Shown: piece by piece, positions 8,517 to 18,450 of the stretch
How the letters are laid out: every line of letters begins with the position of its first letter
Numbering within the stretch: the first letter of the stretch is position 1
Virus record (IMG/VR): IMGVR_UViG_3300024978_000004
Span: 15,941 to 79,940 of that record
DNA length: 64,000 nt
Reading direction: 5' to 3' (one strand)
From: a virus
Notes under the pieces: model-generated
The model's input: only the letters and a program-made list of their open reading frames with translations
Database searches by the model: none
Told to the model about the DNA's origin: nothing
Position numbers and translations under genes: made by a program

Positions 8517-10193
8517 TTAGTCCTTTGTTTTAGTAGCGTGTGCTTTAACTTCCCTAAATTTGTCCATTAAGTTGGATTTTGAAACGGGATTAGCGTAATC
8601 AAACGACATAAACTTCCACACTTCCTTTGGTATCAACACCTTTTGGGGACCTTCGAGTGAGGTCAATAGAATACCAATCTTCTTCATAGAATATTCACAC
8701 CCCTTGTCCATCAACTCAAGAATATTAGCCATTACTTGAATCGCCCCATTCATGTTAATGATTTCTTGCTCCTGACTTGGGAGATGAGATGTATATTTGA
8801 TTTCGGCTTCCAATTCTTTAATTTTGTCTTTAAGAGATTTTGTAACGGCGGCGGGAATCTTGGCAGTTTCTACCTTCTCTTCCTTTTCATCCTTAACAGC
8901 ATCACCAAAATCAACAACTTTAATTTCTGATTCATCCAGTTTTTCAAACTGGTCTTTTGAAATCTCTTTAACAGACACAGAAATCATTCTATCATGAAGT
9001 GTTTTAACTTTAGCCTCTGCTTCTTCATTGGACGGAGCCTTAATAACACCCTTTTCAAAATGTTCTTGAGTATCGTCACTTTTATCTTCCCATGAGTATT
9101 CATAGGAGAAATATTTAGACTCAGACATTGAGGAATAATCATCAACACTCTCTTTGACACCACTGTCTTTAGCAGCTTTGCCAAGTTTGACGCTATTTTT
9201 CAACCGATCAACCAAACGCTTCTGTTTCGCAACTTCATAACGCATATCATCAACAGCATCATTTTCTTTTTCGGTACGGGCAGCACTCATCATGGAACTC
9301 AAATCTTCCTCCATCTCTTTGAATTTGGCTACTTCAGCTTTCAGTTCTGCTTCTTTATCTGCAGATTCTTTAACGGTTTGTGCAGCGTAAACGGATCCAA
9401 CTGCACCATCCCATTCACCCACATCTTTACCATCAACAACACAGGCACCAATATCTATATCACCACGGAACGAACAACCGGGATGTGCCTTCTTACAAGC
9501 AGCTTTCCAGCTACCATAGGATTGATATTCGCGGTCACCCATGTGATTCTTGGCTTCCTGCATACCTTCGTCGCCTTCTTCCTCTTCGTCAGACTCTTCT
9601 TCATTGTCCTTTTCTTGAGCAGCAGCAAGTTCTTTTACAGCACTCTCGACCTTTTTGATCTTTGCTGTAACCGTTGTATCGTTTGCATCTTTTGTTCCCT
9701 CGTCAGCATCGTCCTTCTCTTGATCCTTCTTGATTTGGGCAACATCCTTTTTAAGCTGTTCAATATCCTTGTCCACAGCGACATCATTTTCATCAGCATC
9801 GTCATCACCTTCTCTTAACAAGGTTGTTCCGAAATAAGCAGCGATGATCTTACGTGCTTCTTTATCGGTGGTAACTTCGAACACTACGTCACGGCAAGCC
9901 GTATCCATATGCGCCCATGCTTTTGCTGCAGCGGCTTGACGACCGCTTGCAACAAGTCCTAAAATTGAATCATAATCTTCAGCATCACGTTCATATGTTT
10001 TGCGGAGATTGGGGCTTTTAACTTCAGAAGCATCCTTCTCGCACTGACGAACTGCTTTACGAACAGCCAATTTAACAGTAGCTACTTCTGGTGAATTTTT
10101 TGCAAAATCAACAGCCGCTTTTTCTTCCGCCTCAACCACGTTTGCCGACTCGGTTAAACCAGCAAGTTTCAAGAATTCTTGTTTGACGTTCAT
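8517..10193 (-). CDS. Large acidic modular protein, probable internal head protein
   Basis: 558 aa; LTES, LLRE, MQEA, VKES (x2), LDES motifs; late promoter TATAAATA at 10233-10226. Confidence 0.6.
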   Translation of the reverse strand: MNVKQEFLKLAGLTESANVVEAEEKAAVDFAKNSPEVATVKLAVRKAVRQCEKDASEVKSPNLRKTYERDAEDYDSILGLVASGRQAAAAKAWAHMDTACRDVVFEVTTDKEARKIIAAYFGTTLLREGDDDADENDVAVDKDIEQLKKDVAQIKKDQEKDDADEGTKDANDTTVTAKIKKVESAVKELAAAQEKDNEEESDEEEEGDEGMQEAKNHMGDREYQSYGSWKAACKKAHPGCSFRGDIDIGACVVDGKDVGEWDGAVGSVYAAQTVKESADKEAELKAEVAKFKEMEEDLSSMMSAARTEKENDAVDDMRYEVAKQKRLVDRLKNSVKLGKAAKDSGVKESVDDYSSMSESKYFSYEYSWEDKSDDTQEHFEKGVIKAPSNEEAEAKVKTLHDRMISVSVKEISKDQFEKLDESEIKVVDFGDAVKDEKEEKVETAKIPAAVTKSLKDKIKELEAEIKYTSHLPSQEQEIINMNGAIQVMANILELMDKGCEYSMKKIGILLTSLEGPQKVLIPKEVWKFMSFDYANPVSKSNLMDKFREVKAHATKTKD

Positions 10194-10264
10194 GTATTTC
10201 TCCTAAATTATGAATCTTTATCAACTATTTATAACAGAACGCATTATGCAAACACTTTTAATAG

Positions 10265-10292
10265 AAAAAGGCTAACCGAAGTTAGCCTTTTT
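10265..10292 (-). terminator. Rho-independent terminator (cUUCGg)
   Basis: AAAAAGGCTAAC-TTCG-GTTAGCCTTTTT. Confidence 0.9.
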
Positions 10293-10307
10293 GTGTGGTG
10301 GAACAGA

Positions 10308-11444
10308 TTACTCGATTTCTTGTGCGGGCTCTTCGTCTTTAATACCAAACATTTCGAGGTTTTTGATTGCGAATGCTTTGTAATCATTTGCCTTTTCGAG
10401 AAATAGATTCATTTTCAACGAAAACAGTCCATCATTCACACTCTGACCTTTGATTGCATAATCTTTACGAGACAGGTCCTTGTTTTCAGCATGGAAAGCT
10501 TCAACAGTCTTGATCATCGCATCAAACTTATGCACAACCTTGTTCTCCATTGCAGTAATCATCCCAAGAGCAACAGGATCGTCAGCAAACAACGAACGCA
10601 GGTCATCCGACGTCTCGTTGATAACACACTCAAACAACCGGCGAGGAGTGTTGATCGAGTCTTTGGTGTGATGAAGCACGAGGTATTTGTTAGTCTTGCG
10701 CTTGAATGCGAGACCACTCTTCATCAAAAATACAAACCCTTCAATATCTTCTACCATCGTGGGTACGGCATCAACGAATGCTATGGGATCATCAGTTTGG
10801 ATCTTTTCAATAACACGATCTGCCTCAAACTCACTGACCACTTCGTCATACTGCATAAACCCACCCGTCATATAGCTACGGCAATTCAAAACCTTTAGAT
10901 GGGGGTTCGCATATCCGATCACAATTCTGTGAACCGGGCTGCACCACTCCAAATTAACTGTATATCCACGCAAGGTGAGTAATTTCAAATCTTCACGAAA
11001 TGTGTCATTTACCGATTTTTTCAGCCAATCCATAGCAGCAATGCACTGCTCGGAAGATATGGAACCTTTTGATTTCAACTTTAGCTCATCATCTTCCATA
11101 TAAGTTGACATGAGACTGCCGTCTGCTTTCAGCAAAATCTGATCAACTTGAGTCAAGTCAAGATTCATTGTAAATGGGTTTTCACAAAAATTGAAAAATT
11201 TGGGCATTGGTAACGCCTTGATTTCAATAGGATTCCCATCCATATCTACTTCAAACATCACTCCCCGCGCCTCGAGTGCGCCTGGCTGTAGGAAGTCGGT
11301 GTATGATGCAAGTCGATAGTTAAAAATCCGCAGCGTGCGCGCCCCAGAGTAGAAGTCTTTAAAATAAAAGGCATCGTTTATTGCGACAAGCCCCATTAAT
11401 TCATTAAAGAGAGAACTTTGAAAAGTATTCATAAATAATATCAA
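10308..11444 (-). CDS. rnlA: RNA ligase 1 (T4 RnlA-like)
   Basis: FNYRLASYTDF, EARGVMFE, PMPKFFN, KADGSL (KxDGS adenylation motif), NLEW, EGFV; start may be 11432. Confidence 0.9.
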   Translation of the reverse strand: MILFMNTFQSSLFNELMGLVAINDAFYFKDFYSGARTLRIFNYRLASYTDFLQPGALEARGVMFEVDMDGNPIEIKALPMPKFFNFCENPFTMNLDLTQVDQILLKADGSLMSTYMEDDELKLKSKGSISSEQCIAAMDWLKKSVNDTFREDLKLLTLRGYTVNLEWCSPVHRIVIGYANPHLKVLNCRSYMTGGFMQYDEVVSEFEADRVIEKIQTDDPIAFVDAVPTMVEDIEGFVFLMKSGLAFKRKTNKYLVLHHTKDSINTPRRLFECVINETSDDLRSLFADDPVALGMITAMENKVVHKFDAMIKTVEAFHAENKDLSRKDYAIKGQSVNDGLFSLKMNLFLEKANDYKAFAIKNLEMFGIKDEEPAQEIE

Positions 11445-11467
11445 TCCGATTAGAAGGAGTAGTATTC

Positions 11468-12331
11468 ATGATACATCACATATACAAAATAGTCAACAAT
11501 GTTAATAATAAGGTTTACATAGGTTACACGTCAAGAAAAAGACCAATTGATAGGTGGAAGGCACATATCAGAGATTCGGTTAAATTGGATAGGCCGTTAT
11601 ATAGAGCTATGCGTAAATATGGTGTAGATAACTTTTCGTTCGTGTTAATATATTGCTCGAAGGATGGGGAACATGCACTAAAAACTATGGAAACATTGTT
11701 TATTACCACGTTCCATTCCTTTATAACAGATCATGGGTATAATCTCACGCTAGGTGGCGAGTCTAATTATGGTTGGGTGCCATCATACGAACTAAAGCAG
11801 CTGTGGTCACGCCAAAGATCGGGCAGAAAATTAACAGAAGGGCACAAGAAAAAAATAAGTGTGAGTGGAAGGAAAAGGTATGAAGATAATCCGGGGTTGA
11901 AACTTTTTTATAGAGACCTTGCGTTGGCCAACGGAACACGCCCCCCAGCACCCACTCCAGAATCGTGGGCAAAAAGCGCACTTTCACGAACTGGGAAGCA
12001 TATTCATACACAAGAACATCGCAATAAATTATCAACTGCTTTTTTGGATACGGACCACCCCTTCAAGCAGCCAGAAATTATAGAAAAACGTAAACAGGTG
12101 TGGATGGAGACGGGGAGAGGTGTAGGAGCTAAAAACGGAAATGCAGTATTTGCTCAGGTAGTTGACCCCGATGGTTTGACTGTGGGCGAGGGGTTTTTGA
12201 AAGATGTGTGTGAAAAAATCAACGCACCATTCAACAAATTTTTAGCAGCCTCCAGACACCAGAAACCGTTAGAACGCGGTCTATGGAAAGGTTGGAAAAT
12301 TCGCCGAATTAACAAACACGAAGTATCTTGA
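11468..12331 (+). mobile_element. Free-standing GIY-YIG homing endonuclease
   Basis: HIYKIVNNVNNKVYIGYT, then HGYNLTLGGE and a NUMOD3-like region; antisense to neighbours; late promoter CATAAATA at 11430-11437. Confidence 0.85.
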
Positions 12332-12332
12332 T

Positions 12333-12650
12333 TTACTTCGCGGCTTCTTGCTCCAACTTAGATGATTCAGACTTCCAATCATCGTTACGAATGCCTTTAT
12401 CAGTTGCTTTTTGAAGCTCTTTAACTGCGTACTCAATAGCTTCCTCGTACTGTGCCCACGCATCTTCCATGGAGGGGGTAGGACGCTGTACATCGGCAAC
12501 TTCGTATGCTCTATGAACCAAGTCCAAAGCGTTTGCCCAATTGTGATCTTCGTCTTGGGCACCCTTCTTAATTAATTTTTTGACTTGTGTCATTTGCTTA
12601 TATGGAACAGCATCAGACATTTCTTGTTCAAATAATTCTTGCAGTTTCAT
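12333..12650 (-). CDS. Hypothetical protein with MKLxELFE N-terminus
   Basis: 105 aa, MKLQELFEQE. Confidence 0.7.
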   Translation of the reverse strand: MKLQELFEQEMSDAVPYKQMTQVKKLIKKGAQDEDHNWANALDLVHRAYEVADVQRPTPSMEDAWAQYEEAIEYAVKELQKATDKGIRNDDWKSESSKLEQEAAK

Positions 12651-12847
12651 TTTACAGTTCTCGCAAATTTGATAGCATTCTTTTTTTCTTCAACTTTATC
12701 AGCGGCGTCTCGCGGTGTAAAGAAAAATTGATTCATCTTCTTATCACCTTTGAACACCTGCCAGGACGACTCATCCGTATTTAAACGGATTTCACAATTG
12801 TTAACAATCATGGGTGCCGACTCGTTTACAAATTCAGTAAATGTCAT
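12647..12847 (-). CDS. Small hypothetical protein with T4 internal-protein-like N-terminus
   Basis: Start re-called to ATG 12847 (ATGA overlap with the upstream stop): MTFTEFVNES. Confidence 0.65.
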   Translation of the reverse strand: MTFTEFVNESAPMIVNNCEIRLNTDESSWQVFKGDKKMNQFFFTPRDAADKVEEKKNAIKFARTVK

Positions 12848-13236
12848 GTATGTGTATGAACTCCATACTGTGCACGAGCCCACGCAGCCGCTTCCTTCTT
12901 CGCCGCAGGTTTACCATCAGCGTTTTTGAATTTAACAGAATGAACCTTGTTATCATCAAGGTAAACATCGTAGGACCAATCCTTGTTATTGAGGAAGATG
13001 TCGTAAGCGCCGCGCTTAATGTGGGATTCTGTAACGTCTCCTCCCTCTAATTCAGAAATTTCTTTTTTAATTGCGCGAAGATCATTTTCCGCATCAGCAA
13101 TATCGTCTTCGTCTCCGTCGATGAGTGCAGCATTTAATGCCTTTTTTGCTGCATCACGTTCGATGTAGAGATTGCGAAGTCTGTTGGATTTTTGGTGCTC
13201 GTCTTGACGGGATTCAAACAAATCAGCAAGTTTCAT
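12844..13236 (-). CDS. Hypothetical protein with MKLxDLFE N-terminus
   Basis: 130 aa, MKLADLFES; internal VTES module boundary. Confidence 0.7.
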   Translation of the reverse strand: MKLADLFESRQDEHQKSNRLRNLYIERDAAKKALNAALIDGDEDDIADAENDLRAIKKEISELEGGDVTESHIKRGAYDIFLNNKDWSYDVYLDDNKVHSVKFKNADGKPAAKKEAAAWARAQYGVHTHT

Positions 13237-13239
13237 TGT

Positions 13240-13791
13240 TTAAACTCCTGTTAAGTATTTTGCTTTGAATTCAGGATACATCATCCTATTCAAATCGTTT
13301 GTTAGGTCTTTCTTCAACTTGGCATTACCACCCACAATATTTTGTAATGTGGCATAATCAAATGCGCCGGCAGCATAGGCATCTTTGGCGGTCATATTGT
13401 TTTGATCACGATCCATCTTCCAACGAGCTGCGTGTTCTGGATAATCTTTTAACGCACGTTGATATACTTGACCAGGGAAGCGGGATGGTCCCGTAATTGA
13501 AGCGCTGTCACGAGCCCGAAGATCATTACGTTCTACAAACGCCTCGATTTCGTTTGCGAACACGTCAATCATATCAAATTTCAAGTTTTCTTCCCCGCCA
13601 GCAATGTTAACCATGCGAACATCACCACGATCGGGATTGTCTTGCCGGTTTGCGCCCACCATGAACGCCTTTTTAATATCATCACCCATACTATATCCGT
13701 AGTATACCTGTTCGGTTGTTGGTGCTGATACTTTGTACACGACAAAATCGGTATAATTTTCTGTTAAAGTTACAATTTCAGCAAGTTTCAT
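13240..13791 (-). CDS. Hypothetical protein, possible degenerate GIY-YIG-like fold
   Basis: MKLAEIVTLTEN, then VVYKV...VYYGYS. Confidence 0.55.
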   Translation of the reverse strand: MKLAEIVTLTENYTDFVVYKVSAPTTEQVYYGYSMGDDIKKAFMVGANRQDNPDRGDVRMVNIAGGEENLKFDMIDVFANEIEAFVERNDLRARDSASITGPSRFPGQVYQRALKDYPEHAARWKMDRDQNNMTAKDAYAAGAFDYATLQNIVGGNAKLKKDLTNDLNRMMYPEFKAKYLTGV

Positions 13792-13818
13792 ATTAAATCC
13801 TTCTACTATTTTAAATAT

Positions 13819-14112
13819 TTATGCCGTAGACTTGATAAAATTGTGAAAACGACTAATAGCACCCTTTAAAGTTGGCGCAGTATCATACGCTCTGTGTGTA
13901 TTGGTAATATATGTAACTTTTCCACTATCATCAACACTTTTCCAGACAGCAGGGGAAGCACCGTGACCGTTGTTCATGTGCCAAACTGCCTTTCTGTCCA
14001 TACATTCAGCACGTTCTTCTGGCGTTAGAGGAACTTTATTTTTCTTGAGTTTCTTGAAGTGACTCATCTTTTCAATAAGAAACTCTTCTGTCAAAATTTC
14101 ACTTAACTTCAT
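13819..14112 (-). CDS. Hypothetical protein with MKLxEIL.E N-terminus
   Basis: Start re-called to MKLSEILTEE (14112). Confidence 0.65.
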   Translation of the reverse strand: MKLSEILTEEFLIEKMSHFKKLKKNKVPLTPEERAECMDRKAVWHMNNGHGASPAVWKSVDDSGKVTYITNTHRAYDTAPTLKGAISRFHNFIKSTA

Positions 14113-14410
14113 TGTCCTTTTTCCTGTAACCGTCGATGATTGCATCACGTTCTCTAACTGCTCCTTGGAGCTGTTTAACGGTAGCTTTCCAGTATTGAAC
14201 TACTTTGCCAGGGTCTTTCTTATCAGCATCTGTTAGCTTGTTGAAATACAGATCTGGGTCTTCAACTGCAGCAGGGGCAGGACATTCTTTGGTAATGATT
14301 TTATCCACATAAACAACTTCTGTTTTTGGGGGTAAAGTGCCTGCGCACCCAGCCAAAGCTGCTGTGAACAGTATTAGTAGCGCAACATTTTTCATTTTTT
14401 GTCTCCCCAC
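14099..14410 (-). CDS. Outer-membrane spanin (Rz1-like lipoprotein)
   Basis: Lipobox LAGC, Pro-rich linker, overlaps the upstream i-spanin. Confidence 0.8.
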   Translation of the reverse strand: MGRQKMKNVALLILFTAALAGCAGTLPPKTEVVYVDKIITKECPAPAAVEDPDLYFNKLTDADKKDPGKVVQYWKATVKQLQGAVRERDAIIDGYRKKDNEVK

Positions 14411-14820
14411 TGTAAATCTTTGACGCCATCTACAAGATAATCAATGGCAGACTGGCAATCCTTGGGCTTTGGACCATGAATAATTGTAAGAACGCCTGAA
14501 TTGTACATACGACGATATTCAGCCAACTTATCTGCTGCCGCTTTCATTCGCGCATCCTGTTCATCAGATTTCTTCTTAAAGTCTTCAATTTCCGCATTTT
14601 GTTTAGCAATAGTATCTTTAAATGTTGATGATTGAGTATTAAGTTGCACACGCAAATTGACGATCGTATCCGCTTGTGTTTTAATGGTGTGTGTACGATC
14701 TGCCCAGTACAAATATATTAAAACTAGTGCAATAGCAACAACTATTTGTTTCCAGTAGGCCTGAAGAAATCCAACCACCGGACCTCCCGCCATTCCCGCC
14801 ATTTTAAATAAGGCTCCCAT
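14392..14820 (-). CDS. Inner-membrane spanin (Rz-like)
   Basis: N-terminal TM helix plus coiled coil, C-terminal Cys, adjacent to the o-spanin. Confidence 0.8.
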   Translation of the reverse strand: MGALFKMAGMAGGPVVGFLQAYWKQIVVAIALVLIYLYWADRTHTIKTQADTIVNLRVQLNTQSSTFKDTIAKQNAEIEDFKKKSDEQDARMKAAADKLAEYRRMYNSGVLTIIHGPKPKDCQSAIDYLVDGVKDLQWGDKK

Positions 14821-14821
14821 A

Positions 14822-14995
14822 TTATTCTCCGTTCTGATTCATGCGTTTTTTAAGATTAAACAGCTCATGTTCCAACCGAATCGTTTTTCGCTTTTCTTCA
14901 CGAAGGTTGAGCTCTAACCGCTTGATATAACGTTGTAAACGATCAATGAATGCTCGCAACTTTTTGTTATCTAGTTCGGTATTAGGTTTAATCAT
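14822..14995 (-). CDS. Small coiled-coil protein (57 aa, below ORF-track cutoff)
   Basis: Manual translation MIKPNTELDNKKLRAFIDRLQRYIKRLELNLREEKRK...; late promoter CATAAATA immediately upstream. Confidence 0.6.
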   Translation of the reverse strand: MIKPNTELDNKKLRAFIDRLQRYIKRLELNLREEKRKTIRLEHELFNLKKRMNQNGE

Positions 14996-15026
14996 TATGT
15001 TATTTATGAACGAGTGATAAAGACTG

Positions 15027-15263
15027 TCAAAGCCAAAACTGTTGACACATCCGCAATATAGGAACTATTACATGCTGCCACGAATATACAATAATAGGAA
15101 CACCAAAATATACATATACTATGATGGACGGTATAATACCAGCATACATGAGTGGTACAGCCACACGTTCAAAGGTTTCATAACCAAAAATCTTTGAGGT
15201 AAAATACATTAAAATGAATCCGACAAAATTTATATAACTACTCAACAAAATTAATTCAAACAT
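15027..15263 (-). CDS. Small membrane protein
   Basis: Two hydrophobic segments. Confidence 0.55.
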   Translation of the reverse strand: MFELILLSSYINFVGFILMYFTSKIFGYETFERVAVPLMYAGIIPSIIVYVYFGVPIIVYSWQHVIVPILRMCQQFWL

Positions 15264-15554
15264 TTATCGCCTCCGTTTATTCTTGCGGTCATTTGTGTCT
15301 TTTGACTTGATGTAAAAATCAATAGGTTTGTTTTGTAACCACTTAACGAAGGCAACAATATCTGCATTCTCGAGCAAGCGTTCTATAGTATGATAGTAAT
15401 TCAGCAACTCTCGCTCACTAAACACAGTATGAATTTTTCGGTGACACACTTTGTGTAACCAAACTGTTTCTTTACCCTTGAAGGTTTTAGGAATTAGGTG
15501 ATGTTCATCTGCAGTATCATCCAACTCACGTTTACATAGTGGACATAAACTCAT
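15264..15554 (-). CDS. Small HNH endonuclease-like protein
   Basis: Start re-called to MSLCPLCKR; CPLC...EHHLIP...LHKVCHRKIH. Confidence 0.75.
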   Translation of the reverse strand: MSLCPLCKRELDDTADEHHLIPKTFKGKETVWLHKVCHRKIHTVFSERELLNYYHTIERLLENADIVAFVKWLQNKPIDFYIKSKDTNDRKNKRRR

Positions 15555-15555
15555 T

Positions 15556-15882
15556 TTATTCACTCTCAATAGCAAAGTGACCATCAGAACCCACACGAAT
15601 TGTTTCAGGAGCAATTTTGCAGCACGCTGCTTTGCGCTCAAGTACTCTCGCCTCATGCAACACAAGGGCCATGCGTAGATGGTGGATAATTCCTGCATTA
15701 CCGTCCCAATGAAGCTTGTTTTCAAGGTACTGAACTCTGTTGATTAGAGCACGTAACACTTCTTGGTTTTGTGTGCCTTCATGACTGCAATTGCCTTCAC
15801 GATTCACAAAAGTTAGTTGCTGGGTGCCGTCTCCATCTATATGAGCTAATTCATAAATGTGACCTTCTTCAATTATTTTCAT
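15556..15882 (-). CDS. Putative Tad1/Acb2-like helical-hairpin protein (candidate signal sponge)
   Basis: GTQNQEVLRALINRV...GNAGIIHHLRMALVLHEAR..ER resembles my recollection of the Tad1 C-terminal hairpin; start uncertain (15882 or 15894). Confidence 0.45.
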   Translation of the reverse strand: MKIIEEGHIYELAHIDGDGTQQLTFVNREGNCSHEGTQNQEVLRALINRVQYLENKLHWDGNAGIIHHLRMALVLHEARVLERKAACCKIAPETIRVGSDGHFAIESE

Positions 15883-15953
15883 AATGTTTTCCATAAAAAT
15901 GAGTCCACAATTACTTATGGACTCATAAAGTATAACCAAATTACAAATTTAAA

Positions 15954-16253
15954 TCAACCACGAAACAAACTGTGCTTTTTTAGGGGCAATCGTTCTTCCC
16001 CGTACAGGGGTTTGGTAGCAATTGCAGTATATCCTGTATTATAGTCTGGTTCGTAAAATATTTGACTTTCAATACCACAGTTCCCCAGTCTTTTACGAAT
16101 TTTTAACAGTTCTTCCTGATTTTTTGCACCCATTAAAACGATGTGCGTGCTTCCCTCCGGTTTGTTGTAAGCAAACCCAGCCTCAAGGGCTGCGTGTGAT
16201 GCTTGCACGATTTTTTGTGGTGTTGTTAAATCTTCACGCACAAAAATGTACAT
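15954..16253 (-). CDS. Peptidyl-tRNA hydrolase 2 (PTH2)-like protein
   Basis: MYIFVREDL...KIVQASHAALE...IVLM...FYEPD...TAIATKP. Confidence 0.75.
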   Translation of the reverse strand: MYIFVREDLTTPQKIVQASHAALEAGFAYNKPEGSTHIVLMGAKNQEELLKIRKRLGNCGIESQIFYEPDYNTGYTAIATKPLYGEERLPLKKHSLFRG

Positions 16254-16266
16254 ATATGGTTTCTCT

Positions 16267-16602
16267 TCAATCTAAATCATTGTTAATCCTTTCTAACCAC
16301 GCTTCAGCCAAATATCGACTGTCACATTCGTTGTACATTGCAGCAATATCTCTGTTTAAACTAATGCGTAAGGCAAAATTCTTTTCCACTGACATGATGG
16401 CGTATAAGCCACTTCTGCTACGTTGACCACTCTCCAATGGTTGACCAGTTGTGTAAACGAATCGTTCTGCCTTATAGTCACCACCCAACGTGGCTGCTAT
16501 CATTTCGCACAGGCTCTTACTAAAAGTAAGTCGGTGTAATTTGTTGGTTTTGGTGTTGATAAGCCCCCAGATTTTATTCTGTTGTTTACAACCACCGCCC
16601 AA
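16267..16602 (-). CDS. Hypothetical protein
   Basis: ORF in a co-oriented gene run. Confidence 0.55.
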   Translation of the reverse strand: MGGGCKQQNKIWGLINTKTNKLHRLTFSKSLCEMIAATLGGDYKAERFVYTTGQPLESGQRSRSGLYAIMSVEKNFALRISLNRDIAAMYNECDSRYLAEAWLERINNDLD

Positions 16603-16640
16603 ATAACACGCATTTTCGATATTGTCAATCTATTTCATTT

Positions 16641-16967
16641 TCATTTCCTTTCAATATTAACTGCAAAATTTTTAATAACTTCATCCTGAATCGTTTGTTT
16701 AACAACCCCTTGCACATAATCAACAAATGACGAAGTGTGATATCTATCCACTTTAACACCATGTTCGATAAAATCAAGCACCACCTTTTTAATAGTACGT
16801 TCTAACAAATTGGTGTTCAATTCACGTAGATATTCTTGCGTTACGCTCGATATTTTTTCTTCGATCAGTTGTTGTGCATACTCTTTGGTAATACCATATT
16901 CGTTATTGACCAAATTTCGAATAGCTTTGTGAGCCTGTGTACCCGTCATGTGTTGCATAGTATCCAT
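16641..16967 (-). CDS. Hypothetical protein
   Basis: 108 aa, RBS GGAG. Confidence 0.65.
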   Translation of the reverse strand: MDTMQHMTGTQAHKAIRNLVNNEYGITKEYAQQLIEEKISSVTQEYLRELNTNLLERTIKKVVLDFIEHGVKVDRYHTSSFVDYVQGVVKQTIQDEVIKNFAVNIERK

Positions 16968-16969
16968 GT

Positions 16970-17506
16970 TTATTCTCCCTTCTTGTGGTAGTCAACTTCT
17001 TCGAGGTTGGCTAGGTGATCAACTGTAACAGTTCCGGCGAACGGTGCCAAAAATTTACTCACGGTGGCAATGCGATCGATTTGAAGTTTGACCAAGTATT
17101 CCTTCGATTGCTTTAATGTCCAGGGCGAATCCACATCTTTGCCAACAATAAGTCTTGCCTGTTTGCATACAGAATTGATAGTATGAACTGCACAATTAAG
17201 CGCATTATACGGATCGTTTAGATTGCTGGTGATTTTATTGGCACCCTTGATCGGCGAAAACCCCACCGAGGCGTCCTTACCACGGATAATATTAAACAGC
17301 ACGTGGTGTTCGGCACAAATCCATCCTTTAACAAGACGCCGTCCAGTTCCTTTGGACAAAGTCCATTTGTATGACGTTCTGTCAACGAGGTATTCATCAC
17401 AAGGTTCAAGAATTGGTTTAATACGAATATCGTTCACTGCTAATTTCCATGCGGAACGAAAATTGAGGTATTGCTCTTTTGTTTCAAAAAAATTGGTTTT
17501 CATGGT
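16970..17506 (-). CDS. Hypothetical protein
   Basis: Likely start MKTNFFETKEQYLNFR after an AAGGAG RBS. Confidence 0.6.
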   Translation of the reverse strand, partial: TMKTNFFETKEQYLNFRSAWKLAVNDIRIKPILEPCDEYLVDRTSYKWTLSKGTGRRLVKGWICAEHHVLFNIIRGKDASVGFSPIKGANKITSNLNDPYNALNCAVHTINSVCKQARLIVGKDVDSPWTLKQSKEYLVKLQIDRIATVSKFLAPFAGTVTVDHLANLEEVDYHKKGE

Positions 17507-17598
17507 ATTTCTCCTTAAATTAAAATATAGTTGTTCAAAACATTGCATCTTGATAAATCTACACTACTTTTACGGAGGACCGTTATTCAAAATCTACA

Positions 17599-17826
17599 TC
17601 ATGATTTTTTCTCCTGTTTAATGTCATACACTTTGGGCCAAACGACATCGGTTATATCACTCGACGTCAAATCCTTTAAAATCTCACGCTCTTTATCTGA
17701 AAGAGCTAAAATAGCATCACCTGGCTTATATTTTATTGATTCAATCCAACGTGCAAATTCGTATTTATCTGCAAGGTTGGCCATCAACTGCCGTTGGCGA
17801 TTACAGATTCTCTCACTCATAATCAT
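17599..17826 (-). CDS. Hypothetical protein
   Basis: 75 aa, tightly packed. Confidence 0.55.
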   Translation of the reverse strand: MIMSERICNRQRQLMANLADKYEFARWIESIKYKPGDAILALSDKEREILKDLTSSDITDVVWPKVYDIKQEKKS

Positions 17827-18018
17827 ACCAATTTGGATGAAGCTCTTTGAGAGCTGCTAAAACATATTTATCATCAAGTTCACAAAGATTGTCGCAATCA
17901 GCATCTTCAAAGATGGTAACCAATTTTTTACAAACAGTCAACTTTTTGCTTTCTGGAATATTTTTTTAACAACATCCCACACATCATCAAAAACATTTAC
18001 GCCGCTGCTCCAACCCAT
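17813..18018 (-). pseudogene. Small protein (MGWSSGVNVFDDVWDVVKK...) broken by a 1-nt deficit in an A7 run
   Basis: One extra A at 17961-17967 gives a 68 aa ORF (...IPESKKLTVCKKLVTIFEDADCDNLCE...) that fills the gap exactly. Confidence 0.55.
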
Positions 18019-18019
18019 A

Positions 18020-18226
18020 TCAATGCACCTTTTTTTCAACTGCGGCCGAAATGGCCGTCGCAATAATACCAAAGTTTCCATTTATACAATGTTGAGCAAG
18101 TTTTGTTAAATCTTCTGCAGTCAATTTTTCAAAAACTTTAACCAACTCTACGTTTGGTTCATTCTTTGTAATATACGACATAATGTAAACTCCAACAAGT
18201 GATATATTATATATCTGTACGATCAA
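18020..18226 (-). CDS. Hypothetical protein
   Basis: 68 aa; start may be the internal MSYITK. Confidence 0.5.
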   Translation of the reverse strand: MIVQIYNISLVGVYIMSYITKNEPNVELVKVFEKLTAEDLTKLAQHCINGNFGIIATAISAAVEKKVH

Positions 18227-18231
18227 AGAGG

Positions 18232-18450
18232 TTATTTACCCCTTTGGTTTTTATTTCTTTCGTCCCATTCTTTTGCTTCGATTGCATAATCAATAACAGC
18301 TTCTATATCATTGAGTGTGTCAACATCATTTTCGGAAAACTGAAAAAACAAAGGTTTCAGCTCCAAGAGTCCATCACCTTCCCAAAAGTCAACATGGACA
18401 ACTTTAAGATATTTTATTAGAAATGCGTATCGTTCTTCAATTGTCTTCAT
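18232..18450 (-). CDS. Hypothetical protein
   Basis: Start re-called to MKTIEERY (ATGA overlap with the upstream small ORF). Confidence 0.6.
   Translation of the reverse strand: MKTIEERYAFLIKYLKVVHVDFWEGDGLLELKPLFFQFSENDVDTLNDIEAVIDYAIEAKEWDERNKNQRGK

Noticed and set aside
10308-12331. Group I intron carrying the GIY-YIG gene in rnlA
   Set aside because: rnlA is uninterrupted, and the endonuclease lies outside it on the opposite strand.
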